A DNA stretch of 64,000 nucleotides, taken from Longimicrobiales bacterium. Lineage in GTDB: Bacteria; Gemmatimonadota; Gemmatimonadetes; Longimicrobiales; Gaopeijiaceae. Made by a program: the position numbers and the translations under genes. Every line of letters begins with the position of its first letter. Position 1 is the first letter of the stretch. The stretch spans positions 512,001 through 576,000 of the forward strand of contig CBDDCX010000007.1 in the NCBI GenBank assembly GCA_965226375.1, in the 5' to 3' direction. This document shows, piece by piece, positions 10,292 through 20,704 of the stretch. Below the pieces are notes generated by a model. The model did not search any database, was not told the origin of the DNA, and saw nothing but the letters and a program-made list of their open reading frames with translations.

Positions 10292-11622
10292 CGACCGGCG
10301 GCGGGCCGGGCGCCGAAGGCAGGCACTCCGAAGCGGGAGATCCCTATGTGCCTTCCGTGCACATTCGAGCACTCGGCTCCGACGGTGCCGGGGTAGGGGA
10401 TCTTCCCGACGGACGCGTCGTCTTCGTCCACCGCACAGCTCCCGGCGACGAGATCAGCCTGCGACTCACCCACCAGAAGCGGCGGTGGGCTCGAGGAAAA
10501 TTGTTCGAGATCCTACATGCGGCTCCGAACAGGACGGAGGCTGCCTGCCCGTACTACGCCAAGTGTGGTGGTTGTACGCTGCAACACATCTCGTATGAGG
10601 ATCAGCTCTCTTGGAAGGCCCGCTTCGTGCAGGACGCCTTGGAGCGAATCGGGGGGCTGGAGGTCACGGTCCCGCCCGTTGAGCCGAGCCCCGCCTCCCG
10701 GAGTTACCGTTCGCGTGTCACCTTCACCCTGCTCCGGCTCGCCGGAGGGCGCGTGGTGGCAGGCTTCCATCACCTGACCAACCCCAAACGCATCGTCGAC
10801 GTGGAGGACGGGTGCATCCTGCCCGATCCAGCCATCGCTACCACATGGACTCAACTACGTTCGGCCTGGGGGGACGCGGCACGGAGGCTTCCAGCGGGAC
10901 GACGCTTGCGTCTGACGCTGCGTGCCGTGGATGAGGGCGTGATCCTCGTGGTCGATGGTGGCAACGGCCCCGGTCGCGCGGACGTGCTTCTCAAAGAAGT
11001 CGATGGACTGGTGGCCGTCTGGAGTACGGACTCGAAGGGGATTCCACGCCTCTTGGATGGACAGGCCGTGGTTCATGAGACGCGGCTGGGCGAAGCGATC
11101 CGCACGAGTCCCACGACCTTCCTGCAGGTGAACGTGGAGGCCGCCGACGAGCTACAGCGTTGGGTTCATGAGGTCGCTCACGTCGAGTCGGGGACTCGTG
11201 TCGTGGATGCCTACTGTGGGGTGGGGCTCTACGGTCGGCACTTCGCGCGGGCCGGCGCTAGGGCTGTGGGTATCGAGCAGGATCCGCGGGCGGCCAAGAC
11301 CGCCGGAAGGGATGCACCGGACGGATACACGGTCCTCTCCGGCACCGTAGAAGAGTGTCTCTCTGAGGTTCTCCCGGCCGACGTGGCGATCTTCAACCCG
11401 CCGAGAGCCGGGGTGGACGCCAGGGTGACCGATATGCTCCACCATGGTGGCCCCGAGCGCATGATCTACGTGAGTTGTGATCCGGCGACGCTCGCCCGGG
11501 ACCTGGCACGGCTGCGTCTTGCCTACCAAGTCTCTGAGATCCGTGCCTTCGATCTCTTCCCGCAGACCTCTCATGTCGAGACGGTCGTGGTGCTCGAGCG
11601 GCGTGCGGAGGTAGAGGAATAG
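10288..11622 (+). CDS. rlmD: RlmD/TrmA-family RNA (uracil-5)-methyltransferase with TRAM domain
   Basis: CPYYAKCGGCTLQH Fe-S motif, FLQVN, DAYCGVG, NPPRAG, YVSCDPATLARD, DLFPQTSHVE; ORF open from 10258. Confidence 0.88.
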   Translation: MTTGGGPGAEGRHSEAGDPYVPSVHIRALGSDGAGVGDLPDGRVVFVHRTAPGDEISLRLTHQKRRWARGKLFEILHAAPNRTEAACPYYAKCGGCTLQHISYEDQLSWKARFVQDALERIGGLEVTVPPVEPSPASRSYRSRVTFTLLRLAGGRVVAGFHHLTNPKRIVDVEDGCILPDPAIATTWTQLRSAWGDAARRLPAGRRLRLTLRAVDEGVILVVDGGNGPGRADVLLKEVDGLVAVWSTDSKGIPRLLDGQAVVHETRLGEAIRTSPTTFLQVNVEAADELQRWVHEVAHVESGTRVVDAYCGVGLYGRHFARAGARAVGIEQDPRAAKTAGRDAPDGYTVLSGTVEECLSEVLPADVAIFNPPRAGVDARVTDMLHHGGPERMIYVSCDPATLARDLARLRLAYQVSEIRAFDLFPQTSHVETVVVLERRAEVEE

Positions 11623-11627
11623 GATCC

Positions 11628-12173
11628 ATGCGCTATTACGTCACCATCCGCGACACCACGTTCGAAGTCGATGTCGACGAGAGTGGAATCCGCGTCGACG
11701 GGGAGCCGGTGGAGGTCTCCGCGTTGCAGGTGGCGGGCACAGACGTACACTCCTTTCTGGTGGACGGTACGTCCCACCGCATCGTGGCCCGCCGTTCCGG
11801 CAAGGGAGACTGGGATCTCCACCTACGGGGCCGTCACGAGCGGGCCGAGGTGTTGGACGAGCACACCAAGACCATCCGGGAGATATCGGCCGCCCGTGCC
11901 GGTCCCCTCGGCCCACGGCCGGTGAAGGCTCCCATGCCCGGTCTGGTGGTCAAAGTGGAGGTCGAGGAAGGTGACCTGGTCGAGGTGGGAGAGGGCCTAC
12001 TCATCGTCGAGGCCATGAAGATGGAGAACGAACTCACAGCGGAGGTGCCGGCCCGGATCGGAGTCATACACGTGACCGCCGGTCAGGCGGTGGAGAAGGG
12101 TCAGATTCTCATGGACATGCTTCCGCCAGAGGCAGCGCCCGAGAGGGCAGAAGACAACGAGGACCACCGGTGA
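11628..12173 (+). CDS. Biotin carboxyl carrier protein
   Basis: APMPGLVV and EAMKMENE biotinylation motif. Confidence 0.92.
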   Translation: MRYYVTIRDTTFEVDVDESGIRVDGEPVEVSALQVAGTDVHSFLVDGTSHRIVARRSGKGDWDLHLRGRHERAEVLDEHTKTIREISAARAGPLGPRPVKAPMPGLVVKVEVEEGDLVEVGEGLLIVEAMKMENELTAEVPARIGVIHVTAGQAVEKGQILMDMLPPEAAPERAEDNEDHR

Positions 12174-13729
12174 GCGAGGATTCACGAGACACCCGAATGC
12201 ACACCCAAAGCGGAATCGAAGTAGATCCTCTGTATGGAGGCGGCGCTCGTGATCTTGGACTCCCGGGGGAGTTTCCATTCACCAGGGGCGTCTATCCCGA
12301 CATGTACCGCGGCCGACTTTGGACCATGCGCCAATACGCAGGGTTCGGCACCGCCCACGAAACCAACCTCCGATACCACTACCTTCTCGAGCAGGGGACC
12401 ACCGGGCTTTCGGTCGCCTTCGATCTGCCCACGCAGATGGGTTACGACTCGGATCATGCGATGGCAGAGGGCGAGGTCGGTCGCGTGGGGGTCGCCGTAG
12501 ATTCCATCGAAGACATGAGGGTACTCTTCGAAGGCATCTCCCTGGATCAAGTGTCCACGTCCATGACCATCAACTCCACTGCCGCGGTGCTGTTGGCTCT
12601 GTACGTGGCCGTTGGAGACGAACGGGGCATTGCCCGGGGCGACTTGAGCGGAACCGTCCAGAACGACGTGCTCAAGGAGTATGTGGCACGAGGGACCTAC
12701 ATCTATCCAGTGGATCCGAGCCTTCGCCTCGTGTCGGACGTAATTGCCTTTTGCACCAAGGAAGTGCCGCGCTGGAATTCCACGTCGATCTCCGGTTACC
12801 ACATCCGAGAGGCCGGCTCGACCGCTCCCCAGGAGGTGGCCTTTACTCTGGCGAACGGTCTCGAGTACGTGGAGCGGGCACTTGCTGCGGGCATTCCGCT
12901 CGAAGAATTCGCTCCGCGGCTATCGTTCTTCTTTGCGGCACACAATGACCTGTTCGAAGAGGTCGCCAAGTTCAGGGCCGCCCGCCGCCTCTGGGCTCGG
13001 CTGATGAAGGAGCGTTTCAACGCCTCCGACAATTCTTGTAGGCTTCGTTTCCATACGCAGACCGGCGGCTCGACCCTGACGGCGCAGCAACCGATGAACA
13101 ACGTGGTCCGGGTGGCGATCCAGGCCCTGGCGGCCGTCTTGGGCGGGACTCAGTCGCTCCACACCAACGGGTTCGATGAGGCCCTGACCCTTCCCACGGA
13201 GGAGGCGGCGAAAATAGCGCTTCGCACGCAGCAGATCGTGGCACATGAGTCGGGGGTCACCCGCACGGTGGATCCCCTGGGCGGGAGCCATTACGTGGAA
13301 GCCCTTACGGATCAAGTCGAGGCCATGGCGACCGACTATCTCGACCAGATCGCCGAGCTGGGTGGGGCGGCCAAGGCGGTGGGGTTCATGCAGGATGAGA
13401 TCCACCGCTCGGCTTATGCCCACCAGATGGCGGTGGAAGCGCAGGAGCGGTTGGTGGTGGGTGTGAACGCTTTCACGGAAGACGACCCCCCGCAGGAGAT
13501 CAACAACCCGGACTTCTCGGCTCTCGAGGCCGCTCAGAAGGCGCGACTCGCAGAGTTGAAGAGTAACCGCGACTCCGAGAAGGCCTCTCATGCCCGGGAG
13601 GCGATCCGTTCCGCGGCTGGAGGGAGCGACAATCTGCTGCCGCCGATCATCGAGGCGGTGAAGGCCTCCGTCACGTTGGGAGAGGTCGGCGACGTCCTTC
13701 GTGAGGAGTGGGGCACCTACGACGCCTAG
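12170..13729 (+). CDS. Methylmalonyl-CoA mutase, catalytic (large) subunit without a B12-binding domain
   Basis: [52 protein letters not shown]. Confidence 0.92.
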   Translation: MSEDSRDTRMHTQSGIEVDPLYGGGARDLGLPGEFPFTRGVYPDMYRGRLWTMRQYAGFGTAHETNLRYHYLLEQGTTGLSVAFDLPTQMGYDSDHAMAEGEVGRVGVAVDSIEDMRVLFEGISLDQVSTSMTINSTAAVLLALYVAVGDERGIARGDLSGTVQNDVLKEYVARGTYIYPVDPSLRLVSDVIAFCTKEVPRWNSTSISGYHIREAGSTAPQEVAFTLANGLEYVERALAAGIPLEEFAPRLSFFFAAHNDLFEEVAKFRAARRLWARLMKERFNASDNSCRLRFHTQTGGSTLTAQQPMNNVVRVAIQALAAVLGGTQSLHTNGFDEALTLPTEEAAKIALRTQQIVAHESGVTRTVDPLGGSHYVEALTDQVEAMATDYLDQIAELGGAAKAVGFMQDEIHRSAYAHQMAVEAQERLVVGVNAFTEDDPPQEINNPDFSALEAAQKARLAELKSNRDSEKASHAREAIRSAAGGSDNLLPPIIEAVKASVTLGEVGDVLREEWGTYDA

Positions 13730-13855
13730 GGGTCTCGTCGGCGAATCGCACGGTGCGGCCACCCGGGCACTGGTCACACCCCGCTAAGCCGTTATTTTTG
13801 GCGGCTGTTGCGGGATTGTGTGGCCTGTTCATCCACGACCTGATACGACCTACTC

Positions 13856-14206
13856 ATGCCGACCTACGAATACCGGTGCCCAAAGGGACACGACTTCGAA
13901 CGGTTCCAGAGGATGTCCGACGACCCTGCCTCCGAGTGCCCGGAGTGTGGCGAGATGTCCGAGCGCCTGCTCTCTGGTGGGGCGGGCTTCATCTTCAAGG
14001 GTGAGGGCTTCTACATCACCGACTACCGGAGTGACGACTACAAGAAGGCCGCATCCTCCGACAAGGAGGGCGGTGCCTCGAGTGACAAGGGGTCCGTCGC
14101 TGCCAAGGACGGGTCGTCCAAGTCTTCGGAGTCGTCTTCTTCCTCCAGCTCCTCCAAGGACTCGTCCAAGTCCCAGGGGTCGTCGAAGTCCCCCGCCTCC
14201 GACTGA
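13856..14206 (+). CDS. FmdB-family zinc-ribbon protein with Ser-rich tail
   Basis: MPTYEYRC...CPECG...FKGEGFYITDY. Confidence 0.9.
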   Translation: MPTYEYRCPKGHDFERFQRMSDDPASECPECGEMSERLLSGGAGFIFKGEGFYITDYRSDDYKKAASSDKEGGASSDKGSVAAKDGSSKSSESSSSSSSSKDSSKSQGSSKSPASD

Positions 14207-14233
14207 CCAAATCCAGACCCTAGCTCGAGCGCA

Positions 14234-15940
14234 ATGTCTCAGGAAGCCATACTAGCAGCCCTCGCTGACGTCCTAGAGCAGATGGGGGTCGCCGATGCGG
14301 TGGTACGTCTCGATCAGCCCAAGGACCCGGGTCATGGCGACCTCGCCACCAACGTGGCGCTCACCCTGGCCGCGACTTTGGGCAGACCGCCCCGTGAGAT
14401 CGCCCAGGAGATCGCGTCCCGCATCGAGACCGTTAACGCGGGCATCCAGGCCGTGGAGGTCGCGGGGCCGGGCTTCCTGAATTTCAGACTGAGCTCCGGG
14501 CAGGTGGCGGCGGGGCTGACCGAGCTGCTCGCCCAGGACGAGTCCTATGGACGCTCCAACGACGGAGAGGGTCGTCCGTTCATGGTGGAGTTCGTCTCGG
14601 CCAATCCCACGGGCCCTCTGCATGTGGGCCACGGGCGCCAGGGCGCGTTGGGAGACGCCATCGCCGGGCTTCTGGAGTGGACCGGCTGGGCCGTAGGGCG
14701 CGAGTACTATTACAATGACGCCGGCGCGCAGATCGACCGCCTCGGAGAGAGCGTATGGGCTCGGTACCAGCAGCACTTCGGTGACGACGTCGAGGTCCCC
14801 GAGGGCGGATATCAGGGTGACTACGTCACCGAGATCGCCGAGGAACTCGCCCGTGAGCACGGCGACCGCTTTCGGGGGAATGACAGCGACGAGACGTTGG
14901 ACCTCATGCGGGCCACCGCCGTCCGGATCCTTCATGAAGGGCAAGACAGGGACCTGGCAGACTTCCGGATTCACTTCGACGTGTATTTCCTCGAGTCGTC
15001 CCTCTATACAGACGGCAGGGTGGAGTCCACGGTCGAGGCCCTCCGTGAGACCGGTCATGTCTACGACCTGGACGACGCCGTCTGGCTCAGGACCACGGAA
15101 TTCGGGGACCAGAAGGACCGTGTGATGATCAAGAGCGATGGGTCGCCCACGTACTTTCTGCCCGACGTGGCGTACCACCTGGACAAGTGGGAGCGCGGCT
15201 TTGAGCACGTCATAAACGTCCAGGGAGCGGACCATCACGGGACCGTGGCGCGGATGCACGCAGGGGTGCAGGCTCTCGGTTTGCCGGAGGCCTACCCCGA
15301 GTACGTCCTCCATCAGATGGTGCGGGTGGAGCGAGACGGCCAGGAGGTGAAGTTCTCCAAGCGCTCCGGGTCATACACGACACTGCGGGAGCTCATGACG
15401 GAGGTGGGTGTCGACGTGACCCGGTATTTTTTCCAGATGCGGAAGCCCGAAGGACATCTGGTGTTCGACCTGAACCTGGCGCTGGACCAGTCCGATAAGA
15501 ATCCGGTCTACAAGGTGCAGTACGCCCATGCCCGCATGTGCAGCATCTTCAAAAAGGGCGGAGTGGATCGTGGAACGGTGACGGCCGAGGGCGTAGATCT
15601 CTCGGTGCTCCAAACGGAAGCCGAACGAGAACTGATCAAGCAGCTCGGGCAGTTCCCCGAACTGGTGCGGCGTTGCGCACAGCTGCGGGCTCCGCATCTG
15701 ATCTGTGACTACCTGGAGCAGACGGCGGGAGCGGTCAACTCCTGGTATCATGCGGGGAATCCGAGCCGTAACCCGAAGTTGGCCGTGCTGGTCGACGATC
15801 CGAATGTGCGGAATGCCCGGCTGGCCCTGGCTCGTGCCATCCAGATCGTGCTCCGGAATGGGCTGACCATTCTGGGCATCCTGGCCCCCGAGCGCATGGT
15901 TCGGGAGGCCGAGGAGTCCACCTCGAGCTCCGAGGACTGA
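14234..15940 (+). CDS. argS: Arginine--tRNA ligase
   Basis: VEFVSANPTGPLHVGHGR, GADHHG, FSKRSG, QYAHARMCSI. Confidence 0.96.
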   Translation: MSQEAILAALADVLEQMGVADAVVRLDQPKDPGHGDLATNVALTLAATLGRPPREIAQEIASRIETVNAGIQAVEVAGPGFLNFRLSSGQVAAGLTELLAQDESYGRSNDGEGRPFMVEFVSANPTGPLHVGHGRQGALGDAIAGLLEWTGWAVGREYYYNDAGAQIDRLGESVWARYQQHFGDDVEVPEGGYQGDYVTEIAEELAREHGDRFRGNDSDETLDLMRATAVRILHEGQDRDLADFRIHFDVYFLESSLYTDGRVESTVEALRETGHVYDLDDAVWLRTTEFGDQKDRVMIKSDGSPTYFLPDVAYHLDKWERGFEHVINVQGADHHGTVARMHAGVQALGLPEAYPEYVLHQMVRVERDGQEVKFSKRSGSYTTLRELMTEVGVDVTRYFFQMRKPEGHLVFDLNLALDQSDKNPVYKVQYAHARMCSIFKKGGVDRGTVTAEGVDLSVLQTEAERELIKQLGQFPELVRRCAQLRAPHLICDYLEQTAGAVNSWYHAGNPSRNPKLAVLVDDPNVRNARLALARAIQIVLRNGLTILGILAPERMVREAEESTSSSED

Positions 15941-16866
15941 TGTCGATTCTCGTGGTAGGGAGTGTGGCGCTCGATTCTGTCGAGACGCCGTTCGGTACCG
16001 CCGAGCGGGTACTCGGAGGTTCAGCGGTTTTTTTCAGCGCGGCTGCAAGTCTATTTTGTCCGGTGCGGATTGTCGGTGTGGTGGGTGAGGACTATCCCCT
16101 GGAGCAACTGGATTTTCTCGCCGAGCGCGGGGTAGATCTGACGGGCATCGAGCGGGCTGCGGGAGAGAGCTTCTTCTGGGCAGGGCGCTATTCCTACGAC
16201 CTCAACTCCAGGGACACACTCGAGACCCGCCTTGGCGTGTTCGCCGACTTCAAGCCGCACATTCCGGATGAGTTCAAGGACTCCCGCTTCGTCTTCCTGG
16301 GGAACATCGACCCGGTGCTTCAGATCGATGTGCTGGACCAGATGCGTGCGCCCGAGGTGGTCGTCTGCGACACGATGAACTATTGGATCGAGGGGAGCCG
16401 TGAGGCGCTGCTCGAGCTGCTCGGGCGGGTCGACATTCTCATGGTGAACGACGCCGAAGCCCGGGAGCTTGCGGACGACCACAACCTTCTCCGTGCCGCC
16501 CGATGGATTCAGGAACGAGGACCGGAGCTCGTGGTGGTGAAGAAGGGAGAGCACGGGGCCATCCTCTTCGGTCCCGATTGGGTGTTCTTTGTACCGGGAT
16601 TTCCCCTCGAGGTCATCTTTGATCCCACCGGAGCCGGCGACTCCTTTGCCGGGGGTTTCCTGGGATATCTCGCGTCCATTCAGTCCCTCACGGCAGGAGA
16701 CTATCGACGGGCGATGGTGTACGGCTCGGCGATGGGATCCTTTGCCGTCGAGAGCTTCAGCGTCGAGCGCTTCCAAACGCTCGAGAACGGAGAGATCCTA
16801 CAGCGCATCATGGAATTCAAGGAAATGACCACCTTCGAGCATCAGCTACAGGAACGGCATGTCTGA
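15940..16866 (+). CDS. PfkB-family carbohydrate/nucleoside kinase
   Basis: VVGSVALD and DPTGAGDSFAGG PfkB signature. Confidence 0.9.
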   Translation: MSILVVGSVALDSVETPFGTAERVLGGSAVFFSAAASLFCPVRIVGVVGEDYPLEQLDFLAERGVDLTGIERAAGESFFWAGRYSYDLNSRDTLETRLGVFADFKPHIPDEFKDSRFVFLGNIDPVLQIDVLDQMRAPEVVVCDTMNYWIEGSREALLELLGRVDILMVNDAEARELADDHNLLRAARWIQERGPELVVVKKGEHGAILFGPDWVFFVPGFPLEVIFDPTGAGDSFAGGFLGYLASIQSLTAGDYRRAMVYGSAMGSFAVESFSVERFQTLENGEILQRIMEFKEMTTFEHQLQERHV

Positions 16867-17890
16867 GACCACGGGATTGGATTACCGCGCAGCGGGGGTG
16901 GATCTAGACGCCGCCGAGCGGGCCAAGGAGCGACTCAAATCTCTCGTGGCCGGGACTCGTGATGACAACACGTTGTCCGAGCTGGGACTCTTCGGGGGAC
17001 TCTACTCCGTGCCCGAAGGCGTGGACAGGCCGGTTCTGGTTTCCAGTGCCGACGGGGTGGGAACCAAGTTGAAGGTGGCGTTCCTGGCCGGCCGTCACGA
17101 CACCGTCGGCCAATGCCTGGTCAATCACTGCGTGAACGACATTCTGGTCCAAGGCGCCCGGCCACTCTTCTTCTTGGACTACCTGGCCTCGGGAGGCATG
17201 GACGAAGGGGTGGTCACGGATGTGGTCGGCGGGGTAGCCAAGGCGTGCAAAGAAAACGCGTGTGCGCTGCTCGGTGGCGAGACCGCCCAGATGCCCGACT
17301 TCTACGCGGCAGACGAGTACGATCTGGCGGGCTTCATCGTCGGGATCGTGGAGCGCGACAAGGTGCTCGACGGATCGCGCGTGCGGGTGGGCGATGTCCT
17401 CATCGGCCTGCCGTCTTCCGGGCTCCACACCAACGGGTACACGCTCGCCCGTAAAATCGTGTTCGACACCATGGGCCTGACCGTGGCCGACGAATTTCCC
17501 GGGTCGGAGCGGACGGTGGGCGACGTCCTCCTGGACGTGCACCGGAGCTATCTCGGGGTCCTGAAGCCTCTCCTCGAGACGGACACGATACGGGGTCTGG
17601 CCCACATTACCGGTGGCGGAATTCCCGGCAACGTCCCGCGCATCCTCGGAACGGAGCTCGGTGCACGGGTGGATCTCGCGTCCTGGGAGGTGCCCAACTC
17701 TTTCCGGGTGCTCGCAGAGGCCGGAAGGGTCGAGCGAGACGAGATGCTCAGGGTGTTCAACATGGGGGTCGGAATGATCGTCTTGGTCTCTCCCGGCGAT
17801 GCCGACGGCGTCCTGTCCGCCCTGCAGGAAGCGGGCACGGAGCCGTGGGTGATGGGAGAGGTGGAGGCTGGCGAAGGGGTACGGTGGTAG
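16859..17890 (+). CDS. purM: Phosphoribosylformylglycinamidine cyclo-ligase
   Basis: YRAAGVD, DGVGTKLK, GGETAQMP, SSGLHTNGY, AHITGGG, FNMGVG. Confidence 0.96.
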   Translation: MSETTGLDYRAAGVDLDAAERAKERLKSLVAGTRDDNTLSELGLFGGLYSVPEGVDRPVLVSSADGVGTKLKVAFLAGRHDTVGQCLVNHCVNDILVQGARPLFFLDYLASGGMDEGVVTDVVGGVAKACKENACALLGGETAQMPDFYAADEYDLAGFIVGIVERDKVLDGSRVRVGDVLIGLPSSGLHTNGYTLARKIVFDTMGLTVADEFPGSERTVGDVLLDVHRSYLGVLKPLLETDTIRGLAHITGGGIPGNVPRILGTELGARVDLASWEVPNSFRVLAEAGRVERDEMLRVFNMGVGMIVLVSPGDADGVLSALQEAGTEPWVMGEVEAGEGVRW

Positions 17891-18870
17891 TGAACCCGGC
17901 CTCGAGACTGTTCATCCTGGCGTGCGCCTTGGGATGGATGGGTTCTCAGGCAGCCGGCACTTCGGCTCAGGATCTGAGCGGGCTGGTGGACTCGTGTGCC
18001 GCAGGGGGCTCAGCCGCCCTGGTCGCCCCGTGTCAGAGCTCTGTTCTCGCTGCACAGGCCATCCGGGGTGGCGTCTCCGCGGCACATGCCATGGGGAGCG
18101 AGCTTGCGGGTATGTCCAGCACTCTGGGTCGGCGCTTGGGACGGACCCCCAGGGTCAGTCTCGATGCTCGATTCGGAGTCGCCGTCTTCGACATGCCCGA
18201 CATCTCAGGGGATGGGGCGGGGCTTCCGGGGCAGACAACCGTGACGGCGTACAGCATGAAGGCTACGGTCACGGCGGGAGTCCTGGACGGATTGTCGGTT
18301 CTGCCGGCCGTGGGAGGATTCCTGTCACTGGATCTTCTGGCATCGTTGAATCTCGTGCTTCTCCCGCAGGACGACGGATTCGCCGAGAACGTTGGGTTGC
18401 TCTCCGTGGGCGGCCGGCTGGGTCTGCTTCGTGAGTCGTTTACCATGCCCGGTGTCACGGCGTCCCTCGTCCAGCACTTTGGTGAGGATCTGAGTTGGGG
18501 AGGAGTAGGCGAGACGGGCGCTCAGGTGGACACCGACGTCACCACGACTTCATTCCGGGCTACGGTCGGAAAGGACCTGTTCGCCCTCGCCCTGCTGGTG
18601 GGGGCCGGCTGGGACTGGCAGAAGGGGGATTTTACCGCTCGGGTTACCGATCCGGGCGTGCCCGGAGCCCAGGGGCTGGTCGTTGCCCAGGACGTGACCA
18701 CACGTCGTCCCGTGTACTACGTGGGTGCATCGGTCATCCGACTCATCTTTCAACTCTCTCTAGAGGCGGGTTGGGCCGGAGGGTTCGATGACCTGGCAGG
18801 GTACCAGGGGGAGTACGACCCTGGAGGCATATCACCCTTCGCCAACCTGGCGTTCAGGCTCACCATCTGA
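17890..18870 (+). CDS. Hypothetical exported protein, possibly an outer-membrane beta-barrel
   Basis: Signal-peptide-like N-terminus and alternating hydrophobic strands; fills the purM-ribD gap. Confidence 0.6.
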   Translation: MNPASRLFILACALGWMGSQAAGTSAQDLSGLVDSCAAGGSAALVAPCQSSVLAAQAIRGGVSAAHAMGSELAGMSSTLGRRLGRTPRVSLDARFGVAVFDMPDISGDGAGLPGQTTVTAYSMKATVTAGVLDGLSVLPAVGGFLSLDLLASLNLVLLPQDDGFAENVGLLSVGGRLGLLRESFTMPGVTASLVQHFGEDLSWGGVGETGAQVDTDVTTTSFRATVGKDLFALALLVGAGWDWQKGDFTARVTDPGVPGAQGLVVAQDVTTRRPVYYVGASVIRLIFQLSLEAGWAGGFDDLAGYQGEYDPGGISPFANLAFRLTI

Positions 18871-18903
18871 TGGACCCGACACTCCGATGAAGCCGACTTT
18901 CTG

Positions 18904-20016
18904 ATGGACGCCGCATCCCGGCTCGGCTCGGGGCGGGAGTGGCTGGTACGCGCTGCCGAGTTGGCGCGGCGCGGTTGGGGCCGAGTTCGACCCAATCCCA
19001 TGGTCGGATGCGTTCTGGTCAAGGACGGGGTGGTGGTCGGTGAGGGGTGGCATGAAGAGTTCGGGGGCCCCCACGCCGAGGTGAACGCTCTGACGGCAGC
19101 CGGAGAGGATGCGCGGGGCGCCACTGCCTACGTGACCCTGGAACCGTGTAACCACTTCGGGAAGACGCCGCCGTGTACGGACGCCCTCCTGGACGCCGGA
19201 GTGAGTCGAGTGGTCTACGGGGCCGCCGATCCGGGCGCCGAAGCGGCCGGGGGGCGTCATCGCCTCTCCATCGCCGGTGTGGAGATCTCGGGACCCTCTT
19301 CCGATCCTTCCGTGGGCCGCCACGTGGATCCGGCCTTCTTCCACACTACCGAGCACGGTCGCCCCTATCTCGCAGTGAAACTGGCCGTGAGCCGAGATCG
19401 ACGGATTTCGGCGGGGGTGGGAGAGAGAACCTCACTGACCGGAGAAGAGGCGAACCGGGAGGTACACCACCTGCGGAGCGGCTTCGACGCCATCATGATC
19501 GGTGCGGAAACGGCCCGGGTGGACGATCCACTCCTCACGGTTCGTCATCGGATCGAGGCACGAGTGGCGCCCACCCGCGTGGTCGTGGACTCCGCATGTC
19601 GGCTTTCGCCCGAAGCCCAGCTTCTTCAGACTGTCGATGAGGCGCCGCTCCTGGTTCTGGTCACGCCGGCGGCACCGCCGCAACGGGTTCAGGCCCTGGA
19701 AGGAGCAGGGGCTCGCGTCGTGGTGATCCCCGAAGACCACGGACGGGTGCACCTCGGGCAGGCGCTGCTTTCGTGCTGGGAGCGGGGGCTCACCTCCGTG
19801 CTTTGTGAGGGTGGAGGTGTCCTCGTTGGCGCGTTGATACGTGAAGGACTCGTGCAGCGGCTTTACCTTCTCGAGGCGCCTGTGTCGCTCGGGGACCAGG
19901 GGGTACCGGCATTCCCGGATACACCCGACATCCCCGCCGGGCCCGGCTGGCAGATGGTGGGCGAGCCGCGCCCTCTGGGGGCGGATGTCCTACTCACGTA
20001 CGATCGGGAGGTCTGA
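18904..20016 (+). CDS. ribD: Riboflavin biosynthesis deaminase/reductase
   Basis: PNPMVGCV, HAEV, VTLEPCNHFGKTPPC, DDPLLT, CEGGG. Confidence 0.95.
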   Translation: MDAASRLGSGREWLVRAAELARRGWGRVRPNPMVGCVLVKDGVVVGEGWHEEFGGPHAEVNALTAAGEDARGATAYVTLEPCNHFGKTPPCTDALLDAGVSRVVYGAADPGAEAAGGRHRLSIAGVEISGPSSDPSVGRHVDPAFFHTTEHGRPYLAVKLAVSRDRRISAGVGERTSLTGEEANREVHHLRSGFDAIMIGAETARVDDPLLTVRHRIEARVAPTRVVVDSACRLSPEAQLLQTVDEAPLLVLVTPAAPPQRVQALEGAGARVVVIPEDHGRVHLGQALLSCWERGLTSVLCEGGGVLVGALIREGLVQRLYLLEAPVSLGDQGVPAFPDTPDIPAGPGWQMVGEPRPLGADVLLTYDREV

Positions 20017-20612
20017 TGTTCAGCGGGATCGTCGAAGAAGTCGGGGTAGTCCGAGCGATCACGGAGCTCGATGGTGCCCGGGAGATCCGTCTCGAGGCCC
20101 GCACGATCCTCGAGGATCTCACACCCGGCGCGTCCGTCTCCCTGGACGGTGCCTGCCATACGGCCGTCTCTGTGTTGGACGACGGGTTTACGGTCCACAG
20201 CATCGGTACGACCCTGTCGCGGACCCTATCGTCGACCTACGCCGAGGGCAGTGTGGTCAATCTCGAGCGCTCACTGGCCGTGGGTACGCGTCTGGACGGA
20301 CACCTCGTGCAGGGACATGTGGACGGCGTGGGTGAGTTGGTCGCCATTTCGGATGAGGGCGAGTACCGGTTGCTCGATTTCCGTGTTCCGTCCGACATAG
20401 CTGCGCAGACGATCCTCCACGGATCCATCGCGATCAACGGGGTGAGCATGACGGTGAACGCGCTGCTCGAGGACGACATCTGTCAGGTCGGCATCATTCC
20501 GTTCACATGGGAGCACACGAACCTGGGACAGCTCGGCGTCGGCGACCCGGTCAACGTCGAGGGGGACATCATCGGAAAATACGTTCGGAGGATGCTCCCG
20601 GAAGGGGAGTAG
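20016..20612 (+). CDS. ribE: Riboflavin synthase
   Basis: [36 protein letters not shown]. Confidence 0.95.
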   Translation: MFSGIVEEVGVVRAITELDGAREIRLEARTILEDLTPGASVSLDGACHTAVSVLDDGFTVHSIGTTLSRTLSSTYAEGSVVNLERSLAVGTRLDGHLVQGHVDGVGELVAISDEGEYRLLDFRVPSDIAAQTILHGSIAINGVSMTVNALLEDDICQVGIIPFTWEHTNLGQLGVGDPVNVEGDIIGKYVRRMLPEGE

Positions 20613-20704
20613 CGCTATACTTGCTGTGCGCCGGCACGGCCCATTCGCTTGATGCAAAGCGGATCGACCGCACCGGGCTCAACGTCAACGAGGACTGCCT
20701 GGAA

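Noticed and set aside
18870..18904. FMN riboswitch before the rib genes (and SAM riboswitch before metK)
   Set aside because: The intergenic gaps are only about 30 and 70 nt and lack the conserved motifs.
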